A DNA stretch of 57,460 nt from a virus: positions 1-57,460 of the IMG/VR virus record IMGVR_UViG_3300011271_000005. One strand, given 5' to 3'. The translations under genes were made by a program, and so were the position numbers. How positions within the stretch are numbered: the first letter of the stretch is position 1; the number at the start of each line of letters is the position of its first letter. The notes beneath the pieces were generated by a model. It made no database searches. It was not told where the DNA came from and saw only the letters and a program-made list of their open reading frames with translations. Shown piece by piece: positions 1 through 8,929 of the stretch.

Positions 1-123
1 ACATTTTGGGATTTAGGTCATTCTGATAAGACTGCTATTTGGTTTGTACAACGTGCTGGTGTTGAATTCAATGTAATTAATTATTATGAAGATAGATTAA
101 AGAAAATACCATTTTATGTTAAA
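1..123. repeat. Terminal direct repeat, left copy (identical to 57338..57460)
   Basis: The first 123 nt (acattttgggatttaggtca...ttttatgttaaa) recur verbatim as the last 123 nt. This implies a circular or circularly permuted genome with 57,337 bp unique length. Confidence 0.95.
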
Positions 124-555
124 GTTTTAAATGATCTTGGTTATAATTATTCTGCCCACAATTTACCTCATGATGGATCAGCAGAAACAGTTTCTAATCT
201 TACTCCTGAAAAGCAATTAAGAAAATCTTTTCCTAACGCTACCATTAAAATTGTTGAGCGTCCTACCAAAAAAGCTATAGGAGTCAATGCAGTTAGGAGT
301 CTTTTTCCTCTTTTAAATTTTGATGAAGAAAAGACTTCAAATGGTTGGCAATGTCTGGCAAGATATGCCTATAACGTTGATGAGGATACAGGAGTATTTA
401 GTAAAGAACCTGCACATGATACACCGTGGTCACATGGCGCTGATGCTTTACAGACGATGGCTTTAAGCATCAAATCTGATGAAAAGAAACCTAATCGAGA
501 TAAAGCTAAGGAAAGAGTTAGACAGCATAACAATAATTGGATGGGAGTTATGTAG
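1..555 (+). CDS. terL: Terminase large subunit, C-terminal (nuclease) part; continuation of 56531..57460 across the junction
   Basis: Frame 1 is open from nt 1 to TAG 553-555. The translation TFWDLGHSDKTAIWFVQRAG... is identical to the end of the ORF that runs off the window at 57460. Confidence 0.85.
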   Translation, partial: TFWDLGHSDKTAIWFVQRAGVEFNVINYYEDRLKKIPFYVKVLNDLGYNYSAHNLPHDGSAETVSNLTPEKQLRKSFPNATIKIVERPTKKAIGVNAVRSLFPLLNFDEEKTSNGWQCLARYAYNVDEDTGVFSKEPAHDTPWSHGADALQTMALSIKSDEKKPNRDKAKERVRQHNNNWMGVM

Positions 556-741
556 ATGGCTTATAATCCTGAATTAGTTGAACAATTGTTAGGTAAAGAA
601 GTTGCTAAATTATTAGATGGAACTATTGAGATAGAATCATCTAATGATGAGTATTATGGAAATTTAAAAGCTGGTGATAAGCTTATTTTTAAATTTAAAA
701 ATGATGGTAATATTCTTCCTAGACAATTTAAAATAGGATGA
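556..741 (+). CDS. Hypothetical protein (61 aa)
   Basis: The ATG directly abuts the terL stop (tagATG). The ORF is in the supplied track. Confidence 0.55.
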   Translation: MAYNPELVEQLLGKEVAKLLDGTIEIESSNDEYYGNLKAGDKLIFKFKNDGNILPRQFKIG

Positions 742-745
742 TTAT

Positions 746-904
746 ATGAATGATCAATATTCAATAGTTGCTTTTATCAAATTATTTCATCCAATACTTT
801 ATAAAGGTGATTTCTATATAAAATCTAAAGTATTTGGTGTGTTAAAAGCTCATACAATAGATGAATTAATTTTAAAATATAATGCTTTAATAGGTGAATT
901 ATGA
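746..904 (+). CDS. Hypothetical protein (52 aa)
   Basis: ATG at 746. Its stop overlaps the endolysin start as ATGA at 901-904. It is below the 60-aa cutoff of the ORF track. Confidence 0.4.
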   Translation: MNDQYSIVAFIKLFHPILYKGDFYIKSKVFGVLKAHTIDELILKYNALIGEL

Positions 905-1356
905 GTCAATGGCCGCATGATGACACAGCTTCTAAGATTAAATTCTTTGGTAAACCCGGAACTAATTTGATTCAATTAACTCCACCTTTTCAAATGTATT
1001 ATGATAAGCATCCTATTAAATCATTAACTGTAAATAAAATGATTGCGACTTCTTTATTGAAAGTATTCACAGAAATTCTAGATCAGTGTGGGCATGATCA
1101 GGTTAAGATTGATGCTTTAGGTGTTAGTAATTATGGTGGATGTTATAACAATCGTTCTATTAGAGGTTCTACTAATATTTCTAATCATGCGTTTGGCGCT
1201 GCTATTGACCTTAATCCTGAAAATAATCCGCTTGGTGGCAAGAAAGGTACGATGTCGCCAATAATTATAGCGGCGTTTGATAAAGAAGGTTGGTTTTGGG
1301 GTGGACGATATAAAGGCAGACTCGATCAAATGCACTACGAAGCGGTTAGTAGATAG
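901..1356 (+). CDS. Endolysin, M15-family zinc peptidase (VanY / L-Ala-D-Glu peptidase type)
   Basis: Zn-ligand motifs SNHAFGAAIDLNP (H-x6-D) and DQMHYE are present. No signal peptide is visible. Confidence 0.75.
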   Translation: MSQWPHDDTASKIKFFGKPGTNLIQLTPPFQMYYDKHPIKSLTVNKMIATSLLKVFTEILDQCGHDQVKIDALGVSNYGGCYNNRSIRGSTNISNHAFGAAIDLNPENNPLGGKKGTMSPIIIAAFDKEGWFWGGRYKGRLDQMHYEAVSR

Positions 1357-1363
1357 ATAAATT

Positions 1364-1771
1364 ATGAATAGATTAAAATATCATCGAATGACAGAATTAG
1401 AAGCTTTTGAAGATAGTTTCATTCCAGAACCTAATAGCGGTTGCTGGCTTTGGTTAGGTTCTGTTTTTAAAAAACGTGGTGGTTATGGAATTTTTAATTT
1501 TGGTAAAAATTTAATGCAACGTGCTCATAGAGTATCTTGGCGACTTTATCGCGATCCTTGGCTCGATAGCAAAACTCATATTTTACATACTTGCGATATT
1601 ACGTGTTGTGTTAATCCAGAACATCTATTTGAAGGTAATCAAGCTTTAAATATGTATGATAAATCTATGAAAGGTCGTCAAGGTCACGCTGAAAGTCATC
1701 CTAAATATAAGCATGGTCGCTATGTTGGTGATAAACAAAATCCAAATTATAAACATCTATTAAATGATTGA
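1364..1771 (+). CDS. HNH homing endonuclease (free-standing)
   Basis: The motif string CWLWLGS..GYG...RAHRVSWRLY...HTCD..CVNPEHL is typical of HNH_3 phage endonucleases. Confidence 0.75.
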   Translation: MNRLKYHRMTELEAFEDSFIPEPNSGCWLWLGSVFKKRGGYGIFNFGKNLMQRAHRVSWRLYRDPWLDSKTHILHTCDITCCVNPEHLFEGNQALNMYDKSMKGRQGHAESHPKYKHGRYVGDKQNPNYKHLLND

Positions 1772-1776
1772 AATAA

Positions 1777-4050
1777 ATGCCCGATATTGATAGTTGGCTA
1801 ACAGAAGATGAAAAGATAGTTCAAGAGGCGCAGCGTCGCTTTAAAAGTTGTGAAGAATGGGAATCCACAGCTTGGACTAACTTTGATTATGATTATAAGT
1901 TTGCCAATGGTGACAGCGTCAATATGTACCAATGGGATAATTGGGTTGTTGGTGATCGGTTAGATAACCAACGGCCTTGTTTAACCATTAATAAAACAAT
2001 GCAACATTGTTTGCAAATTATTAATGATGGGAAGCAGAATAAACCCGGTGTTAATATTCGTCCTGTTGGTGAAGATGCTAGTTTCGAAGCTGCTCAAATT
2101 TATGAAGAAGTAATTAGACATATTGAATATTTATCTAATGCTGAAAATGTTTATGATAAGGCTTCTGAATTTCAAGTCATTGGTGGAATTGGTTATTGGC
2201 GTATCATAACTGATTGGGCTAATAAGTCAAAAGGTTTTGATCAAGAGATTTATTTAAGACCTATCAAACATCCAAAATCAGTCAGACTTGATCCAGATAT
2301 CAATGAAACTGATGGTTCTGATGCTAGATTTGGTTACATATTTAATGATGTTCCAAGAGATTTATACAAATCTGATTATCCTGAATTTGAAGATGTTGGT
2401 GGAAGTGTAGTCTTTCAAACGTCTGATGCTGATGGATGGTATACGAAAGATCATATCCGAGTTTGTGAGTATTTTAGAAAGAATCCTAAAAAAGATAAAT
2501 GGATAGAGTTTGTTTTGCCTCAAACTGGCGAAACTATTGATGGTTATTATTCTGAATTAAAAAAAGATAATCCTGATGCAATAGCGCAATTTGAAGAAAT
2601 CAAAAAACAAGAGAAAAAAGTTCCTCTTGCTGATCGTACAGCGCGCGAACGTACAGTATCTAAGAATAATATCGAATGGTATAAGATAGCTGGCAATACC
2701 ATTATTGATCGTAGACCGTGGCTTGGTGAATATATTCCAATTATTCGTATTGTGGGCATAGAAACTATTATCGATGGTCGGTTAGATAGAAAAGGTCATG
2801 TTAGACCATTACTTGATCCGCAGAGGATATATAATGTAAATTCATCAGCTAATGTAGAATTTGGGGCTTTACAAACTAAATCACCATTTAGAGCCGCTGG
2901 TGATGCGATCGAAGGTTATGAAGAATATTATAAGAACGCTAATCTGAATAATTCATCTTATCTTCCTTTTAATGCTTATGATGACGAAGGTCGTTCTTTA
3001 CCACCTCCTGATAGAATGCCAGCACCACAATCATCACCTGCTTATGTGCAACAGATGCAAATTGCACAAAACGAAATGATGATGGTATCCGGGCAATATC
3101 AAGCTCAGATGGGAGAAAATGAAAATGCTAAATCGGGTATTGCAATTAATGCTAGGCAACGTCAAGGTGACAGAGCGACTTATCACTATATTGACGGCCA
3201 AAGCATTGGTATTCGCAATACTGGTAAACAGCTTATTGATCTTATACCTAAAGTTTACACTAAGAAGCGAGTAATGAGGATTGAAGCTAAAGATGGGACA
3301 ATTTTAAATCTTACTATCGATCCTAATCATACTGAAGCTATGACTAAAGTTCCTGTACCGGAACAACAAGACCCTAATGCTTCTGTGCCCACAGAAAAAG
3401 TATTAGACATTATCTTTAATCCTAATATTGGTAATTATACTGTTGTGTCTGATAGCGGTCCTAGCTTTGCTCCTCTCCGTCAAGAAGCATTTAATGCATT
3501 GACTCAGATTGCAGCACAGAATAAAGAGTTTATGAATATTGGTGGTGATCTTCTTTGGAAGGTTGCAGATTTTCCAGAAGCTCAAGAATTGGCTAGGCGT
3601 TGGAGGCGTATCATTCCACCTAATATTACTGGTGATGCTCCTAATCCACAGCTTACACAAGCCATGCATGATGCATCTAATAAGATTGAACAGCAACTAT
3701 CTATTATTACTAAGCAGACTAAGGAATTGGCTGATAAAGATAGGGAAATGGACCTTAAAGAAGCAGAACTTAAATTGCGAGAAAAAGAAGCTATTGCTAG
3801 AGAAAGTCGTGAAGATTATAGGGCTGAAAATCAAAGAATACAAGCGTTGGGTAATTCTGGTCCTGCTATTACACCAGAACAAATACAACCTGTATTGCAA
3901 CAGCTATTAAAGGGAATGCTGTTAGCTGGCGAGCTTGATCCTGTAAAATTAGCAATTGGTATTCGTGATATTGAGCATAATGCTATGACTAGTGATAAAT
4001 TAGCTCAAATGAATAATAGTGGTGGAGATAATAATGCCCCTGCCGCTTGA
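1777..4050 (+). CDS. Portal protein (P22 gp1-like, long C-terminal coiled-coil barrel)
   Basis: 757 aa, located after terL. The N-terminal and core regions resemble P22-type portals. The C-terminal 120 aa is heptad-like (KELADKDREMDLKEAELKLREKEAIARE). Confidence 0.8.
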   Translation: MPDIDSWLTEDEKIVQEAQRRFKSCEEWESTAWTNFDYDYKFANGDSVNMYQWDNWVVGDRLDNQRPCLTINKTMQHCLQIINDGKQNKPGVNIRPVGEDASFEAAQIYEEVIRHIEYLSNAENVYDKASEFQVIGGIGYWRIITDWANKSKGFDQEIYLRPIKHPKSVRLDPDINETDGSDARFGYIFNDVPRDLYKSDYPEFEDVGGSVVFQTSDADGWYTKDHIRVCEYFRKNPKKDKWIEFVLPQTGETIDGYYSELKKDNPDAIAQFEEIKKQEKKVPLADRTARERTVSKNNIEWYKIAGNTIIDRRPWLGEYIPIIRIVGIETIIDGRLDRKGHVRPLLDPQRIYNVNSSANVEFGALQTKSPFRAAGDAIEGYEEYYKNANLNNSSYLPFNAYDDEGRSLPPPDRMPAPQSSPAYVQQMQIAQNEMMMVSGQYQAQMGENENAKSGIAINARQRQGDRATYHYIDGQSIGIRNTGKQLIDLIPKVYTKKRVMRIEAKDGTILNLTIDPNHTEAMTKVPVPEQQDPNASVPTEKVLDIIFNPNIGNYTVVSDSGPSFAPLRQEAFNALTQIAAQNKEFMNIGGDLLWKVADFPEAQELARRWRRIIPPNITGDAPNPQLTQAMHDASNKIEQQLSIITKQTKELADKDREMDLKEAELKLREKEAIARESREDYRAENQRIQALGNSGPAITPEQIQPVLQQLLKGMLLAGELDPVKLAIGIRDIEHNAMTSDKLAQMNNSGGDNNAPAA

Positions 4051-6388
4051 TACTTCATATGATGCTAGTGGTTATGATCCTAATGGGTTGCCATCTGGTT
4101 TACCAATAGATCAACCACGCATTGATGTATATAGGGGGAATGCTTCTGAAGATGCTACAGCGGAACCTAGTATTGCACAGAAAATAAGTGATACATTTCT
4201 AGGTACTCATGGTCATGAGCGCTATCAACTTTGGCCAGAAAGATTAGTGCGTTCTGCTTTATCAGCACCTCATGATGTTTATAATTCTGAAACACCTTTA
4301 ACAAGTCAAGATTTGATTGCACCTGCTTTGGATATGTCGGCTTTAGCTGGGACAGGCGGCCTCGCTGGTGTAGGTGAAAGCGCTGGGGCTGCAACCCTAG
4401 GGGCTGGTCCTTTTCTTCGTCCTGCATTAAAGTATGAGGGCAAGATTTATAAAGCTCCGATGGGTGGTGAGCATATGGATGCTGTGCCTCCTAACTTACG
4501 AAATGAATTTACCAAGCAAGCTATGAGTGGTGAAGATATCAGTAATTTTAATTTTGGTTTTATGAATCATAAAGGACAATTCTTGAATAGAGAAGATGCT
4601 TTGAAATATGCTATTGATCAGGGATTGATTAGTGAACATAATGCTAAGTTTGGTGCTTTGACTAGTACATTAATGGCAGATAGTAGTAAAGAAGGTGCGG
4701 CTATTGGTGCTTTAGAAAAAAGTCAAAGTCCATTTTATAGTGCATTAGAAAAGAATGTTGCTGATATTAATCAAGCTAAAATGACTGGTGATCAGTGGTT
4801 AGGAACATTATCAAATAAGCCGGGTGTCAAGCCTGAAGAAATGGATTGGACAGGATTAAAGGATTATTTGGCTAGTAAAGGTAAAGAAACGGTTAGTAAG
4901 GATGAAGTGCAAGCGCATTTAAATAGTAATAAGGTTGAGTTGGGGGAAGTAAGGAAAGGCGCTAGTGAGTATCATCAACTTCAATATAAACCTACTTTAG
5001 AAAATCATTTGCGAAATTTTGAAGATATTCTTCCAGCTTTTAAATCTGTAGAAGATATAGCATTAGCTAAAAAACATAATATTCATTTTGCTGAAACTGT
5101 TAAAGGTTATTCTGATAAAGAAGTATTTGATACTGTTCAAACAGCTAAAAAACCTTTAAATTTTCCTGAAAATCTATTTCAAAAATATGATACTAGAGCA
5201 GAAGCAGAAACAGCTAGAAAAGCAGCGGGTGCTGAAAATCATTTAGATGTTAATACAGAGCGTACTAATTCAGATATTAAATATCACTCCTATCAACTTC
5301 CCGGTGGTGAGAATTATAAAGAGACTTTATTAATGTTGCCAACTGAAGGTTATAGAGCAGCAAAAGCAAAAGGTATCTCTGGAAGTAATTTAAAAGAATA
5401 TGAAGGGACTGGAACAGACAATTACAAATCCTCTCATTGGGATGACCCAAACATTCTAGCTCATGTTCGTACTAATGAACGTGATGTTAATGGTAAACCA
5501 TCATTACATGTTGAAGAAATACAGAGTGATTGGCATCAACAGGGAAGGGAAAAAGGGTATAAAAATCCTGAAGAATATCAAGCTAAACAGAATGATTATA
5601 AAAAACAATTGCAAGATATTCAAGCTGAAAGAGCTAAATTAGTTGGAAGTGGAAATGCTATTGATAAGGCAAGATATGAAGAATTACATAATAAAGAAAG
5701 CGTAATAACTGATCAGTATAATGCACTACATGATCAAAATGCTTATGGTGTTCCAAACGCACCATTTAAAAAATCATGGCCTGAATTAGCTATGAAAAGA
5801 ACTATTAGACAAGCTGTTGAAGAAGGTAAGGATAGAGTTAGTTGGACACCGGGAGAAGCACAAGCGGCTAGATATGATTTGAGTAAGCAGGTTGACGCAA
5901 TAGATCATATTAAAAATTCTAATGGTACTTATGATTTAATTGTCAAACCTAAAAATGGTGGTCAAATAGAAAAGTTAGGATTAAAAGAGAACGAATTGTC
6001 TGATATTGTGGGTAAAGAAGTAGCTGAAAAAATTATTAAAGGTGAAGGTGAAAAGTCTCCTGCTAGTAAAATGAAAATGTTATCAGGATTAGATTTAAAA
6101 ATTGGTGGTGAAGGCATGAAAGGCTTTTACGATCAAATGTTACCTAATATAGTTGAAAAGATTGGTAAGAAATATGGTGTGAAGGTTAAGGAAGGTGAAA
6201 CATCTACTGCTGATAAAGGAAATGGTGCATTTGAAAATATTCCAACTGTAAATAATTCAAATCCAGAAAAAGGTACTGCTAAAGTCAAATACTTTGATAT
6301 TCCTGAAAAGATGAAACAAGATGTTTTGAAAAAAAGCTTTGCTTTGTTTTCTAATCCATTACCTATACCCACACAGAGGGAAAAATAA
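4034..6388 (+). CDS. Large post-portal protein (784 aa), function unknown; possibly head-associated or injected
   Basis: ATG 4034 follows ggaga and overlaps the portal end by 17 nt. The ORF track offers a GTG start at 4019 instead. It contains HVEEIQSDWHQQG and PFKKSWPELAMKR strings but no motif I can assign. Confidence 0.6.
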   Translation: MPLPLDTSYDASGYDPNGLPSGLPIDQPRIDVYRGNASEDATAEPSIAQKISDTFLGTHGHERYQLWPERLVRSALSAPHDVYNSETPLTSQDLIAPALDMSALAGTGGLAGVGESAGAATLGAGPFLRPALKYEGKIYKAPMGGEHMDAVPPNLRNEFTKQAMSGEDISNFNFGFMNHKGQFLNREDALKYAIDQGLISEHNAKFGALTSTLMADSSKEGAAIGALEKSQSPFYSALEKNVADINQAKMTGDQWLGTLSNKPGVKPEEMDWTGLKDYLASKGKETVSKDEVQAHLNSNKVELGEVRKGASEYHQLQYKPTLENHLRNFEDILPAFKSVEDIALAKKHNIHFAETVKGYSDKEVFDTVQTAKKPLNFPENLFQKYDTRAEAETARKAAGAENHLDVNTERTNSDIKYHSYQLPGGENYKETLLMLPTEGYRAAKAKGISGSNLKEYEGTGTDNYKSSHWDDPNILAHVRTNERDVNGKPSLHVEEIQSDWHQQGREKGYKNPEEYQAKQNDYKKQLQDIQAERAKLVGSGNAIDKARYEELHNKESVITDQYNALHDQNAYGVPNAPFKKSWPELAMKRTIRQAVEEGKDRVSWTPGEAQAARYDLSKQVDAIDHIKNSNGTYDLIVKPKNGGQIEKLGLKENELSDIVGKEVAEKIIKGEGEKSPASKMKMLSGLDLKIGGEGMKGFYDQMLPNIVEKIGKKYGVKVKEGETSTADKGNGAFENIPTVNNSNPEKGTAKVKYFDIPEKMKQDVLKKSFALFSNPLPIPTQREK

Positions 6389-6389
6389 C

Positions 6390-6551
6390 ATGCCTTTAAA
6401 ACATGGAACTTCAAATAAAACACGTAATGAAAATATTAAAAAAGAAATTCACTCTGGTTTACCGATAAAGCAAGCTGTAGCTATCGGATATAGTGAGCAA
6501 AGAGAAGCAGAGAAAAAGAAAAGAAAAAAGAAAAATAAAGATTGGAAATAA
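6390..6551 (+). CDS. Small basic protein (53 aa) with a Lys-rich tail
   Basis: ATG 6390 lies 1 nt after the upstream stop. Translation is MPLKHGTSNKTRNENIKKEIHSGLPIKQAVAIGYSE...KKKRKKKNK. Confidence 0.5.
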   Translation: MPLKHGTSNKTRNENIKKEIHSGLPIKQAVAIGYSEQREAEKKKRKKKNKDWK

Positions 6552-6552
6552 T

Positions 6553-6987
6553 ATGGATCGCTTACCACGTAGATTTATTAAGCCAGAAAGTATTTTGATT
6601 GAACAGACAGCCTTGAAATTGGCAACTGAATTTTATGAGATTGGCCGTTCTCAAGGACTAACTAGTAAATATAAAACGCATCAGGCTTATGCTAGGCGTC
6701 ACTTAAATGAGTTTGTTCCTAAAGCGGTAGAGCTTTTAATGGATATTTTAGCTAATCCTAAAACGCCACAAGATCAGCGTGATATGATTTTGGATGCCTT
6801 CCTCGAACGTACTAATGACGTTGAACTTTCTGATAGTATTCCTGCGTTTAATAATCCATTTGCTAAAGATTTCGTGTCTGATAAAGTTGTGCCTCAGAAG
6901 CCATTGGTCGGAACTTCACCAAAGAATCGAATTGAAGATTTACCATTAGAACAAATGTTACATTCGAAAGGGAAGTCAGATGGCTAA
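6553..6987 (+). CDS. Hypothetical protein (144 aa)
   Basis: This uses the internal ATG (MDRLPRRF) of track ORF 6493..6987, which begins right after the stop of the previous gene. Confidence 0.55.
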   Translation: MDRLPRRFIKPESILIEQTALKLATEFYEIGRSQGLTSKYKTHQAYARRHLNEFVPKAVELLMDILANPKTPQDQRDMILDAFLERTNDVELSDSIPAFNNPFAKDFVSDKVVPQKPLVGTSPKNRIEDLPLEQMLHSKGKSDG

Positions 6988-7234
6988 GAAAGCAGGATTG
7001 CCGATTAAGAAAGCTGAAGGTCCGACTAAACCAGTTCCGGTTAAGATTGTTCATGATGAATTGGACAATCCTACTATTAGTAAAGATCATGCTGATCGTG
7101 AAAGAAAATATAAAGCAGAAGATGCATTACGGGACTTGGAACGTGCTGAAGGTCATAAACGCGATAAGTCACTAATGTCTGATGTAAAGAAATTGGCTAA
7201 AGATAAGATAAAATCAATTCAAAAGATATGTTGA
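6980..7234 (+). CDS. Hypothetical protein (84 aa)
   Basis: Track ORF with an 8-nt overlap with the upstream gene. The protein is charged and helical-looking. Confidence 0.55.
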   Translation: MAKKAGLPIKKAEGPTKPVPVKIVHDELDNPTISKDHADRERKYKAEDALRDLERAEGHKRDKSLMSDVKKLAKDKIKSIQKIC

Positions 7235-7235
7235 T

Positions 7236-7439
7236 ATGAAGTTCAATAATAAAGAAATATCAGAACTAGAAGATTCAATATTACTTGCTGCAAGAGATCA
7301 GTGTGGGCAAATATTGATTGATCGTGTTGAAGCAGGCAAACATGAAAAATTTAAGAAAATGCCTTTCCCACCTCCTAATCCAAAATTTATCGAAATGAAA
7401 AATGAAATTGAAAACGAAATAAAGAAACGGAAATTGTAA
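7236..7439 (+). CDS. Hypothetical protein (67 aa)
   Basis: Track ORF, tightly packed with its neighbours. Confidence 0.5.
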   Translation: MKFNNKEISELEDSILLAARDQCGQILIDRVEAGKHEKFKKMPFPPPNPKFIEMKNEIENEIKKRKL

Positions 7440-7440
7440 A

Positions 7441-7560
7441 ATGAATATGATTTGTGATGAATGTAAAATTTATAAAGATGATGTTAGATTTAATTATAAT
7501 TATGCTTGTAATTTATGTGTTGAATGTATTGCAAAATTAAATAGGAATTTAAAAAAATGA
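7441..7560 (+). CDS. Zinc-ribbon mini-protein (39 aa)
   Basis: MNMICDECKIYKDD...CNLCVEC contains two CxxC pairs. Its stop overlaps the scaffold ATG (ATGA). Confidence 0.4.
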   Translation: MNMICDECKIYKDDVRFNYNYACNLCVECIAKLNRNLKK

Positions 7561-8456
7561 ATCCATTATTTTTAAAATATTTAAATTCAGTTAAATTATT
7601 TGAAGCTCCTAATGATCAGGGTAAACCTGAAATCAAAGTAGAAAGTGTTGATAATCGTAAAGAAAATGCAAATAAGGATGTAGTGAGTAAAGATGAAGAT
7701 GAAAAGACGGAGGAACAGGAAGAACAAGAGGAAGACGAAGATAATGATGAGAATGAAGATGATACAAATGAAACTGATGATGAAAAGAAATTACGTATAA
7801 CTAAAGAAAAAGAAGAACGTCGTCAAGGTCGCATTCAAAAACGTATTGATAAATTGACTGCTACTGTTGGTAGCAAAGATGCTGAAATCGAAGCGTTAAA
7901 AAAGCAACTTGCTGAAAAGCCTGTTGAAGGATTAACAGAGGAAGAAGTAGAACGCAGAGCAGCTAAGAAGGCTGAAGAATTAGCTGCTGCTAGAGATACT
8001 GATCGTGAGAATAAGGCTTTTCAAAAAACCGCTGATGATTTGATTAAAGCAGCAAATAAAGTTGATAAGGATTTTGAAAAGAAGATTAATGAAGTAGCTG
8101 TTGAAACAGATACCAAAATGCCTAAATATATGGTTGAGATTTTAAGTGATCTTGATCATAAAAATGGTCATGAGATTTTAGCTATGTTAGCTAATGATGA
8201 AGATTTGTATCAGGAAATTTGTGAATTATCTGAAAGACGTATGACGAAACGATTGGATAAAATGTCAGAAGAGTTAAAAGGACGAAATAAAATTAAGCCA
8301 AAAGAAAAGATTATTCCTGATCCGATTGAACCTATTAATGATGGTGGTAATAATAGAGGAAACGTATTACCAAAAAATCCTACTTCTAACATGGAAGAAT
8401 TTGTTAGGATTAGGAATGCTCAGGCTGAAGCTTATAGAAAGAGTAAACTGCGATGA
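7557..8456 (+). CDS. Scaffolding protein
   Basis: 299 aa, positioned upstream of the MCP. It has a poly-acidic tract (EEQEEQEEDEDNDENEDD) followed by long charged coiled-coil-like sequence. Confidence 0.65.
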   Translation: MNPLFLKYLNSVKLFEAPNDQGKPEIKVESVDNRKENANKDVVSKDEDEKTEEQEEQEEDEDNDENEDDTNETDDEKKLRITKEKEERRQGRIQKRIDKLTATVGSKDAEIEALKKQLAEKPVEGLTEEEVERRAAKKAEELAAARDTDRENKAFQKTADDLIKAANKVDKDFEKKINEVAVETDTKMPKYMVEILSDLDHKNGHEILAMLANDEDLYQEICELSERRMTKRLDKMSEELKGRNKIKPKEKIIPDPIEPINDGGNNRGNVLPKNPTSNMEEFVRIRNAQAEAYRKSKLR

Positions 8457-8713
8457 TAAAAGAATGGCCACTATATCAGAGTCATAAAAAAGTCAGAGCT
8501 TTAGAAATTGATAATTTAGAAGTTCATATTGATGAAGGTACGGCCAAATTAACATTTATTGACAAATCTTATAATTCTATAATTATCTCTTTAGCGATGA
8601 TTACTAGATATAAACCTGTATCTGGTGATTTCTATATTGTTTATGAAGATAGTTATGAATCATTTAGTCCGAGAAAAGCATTTCTAGATGGGTATACTAA
8701 GTGCTCTTTTTGA
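8453..8713 (+). CDS. Hypothetical protein (86 aa)
   Basis: Track ORF with an ATGA overlap with the scaffold stop. Confidence 0.5.
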   Translation: MIKEWPLYQSHKKVRALEIDNLEVHIDEGTAKLTFIDKSYNSIIISLAMITRYKPVSGDFYIVYEDSYESFSPRKAFLDGYTKCSF

Positions 8714-8742
8714 GGAAAATCTTTAGATGGTTAAAACAATAC

Positions 8743-8929
8743 TTGACAAATTTTAAAGGTTGAGTTCAAGTGTGATAAATCCGTCTCTGTCCGGTTCATA
8801 GACACTGTAAGTTAAAGCCGCCTTTGTCCGGTAAATGGCACTGAATGCTTGATGAATTGATCGTACCGAGCGCGATCACAAATTAAATTTCATCCCATTC
8901 AGTTTTAAACCCATTTAAGGATCACGGCA
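8743..8929 (+). promoter_or_regulatory. Long GC-enriched leader upstream of the major capsid gene
   Basis: TTGACA at 8743. The direct repeat TGTCCGGT occurs at 8788 and 8825. A hairpin forms from tgatcg/cgatca (8858..8878). SD aagga sits 8 nt before the TTG start. Confidence 0.4.

Noticed and set aside
2547-3910. Antisense and alternative-frame ORFs within the portal gene (2547..2759, 3403..3696, 3539..3910, 3697..3900).
   Set aside because: They are nested in a well-supported 757-aa portal ORF. Their hydrophobic or low-complexity translations are typical of the reverse frame of AT-rich genes.
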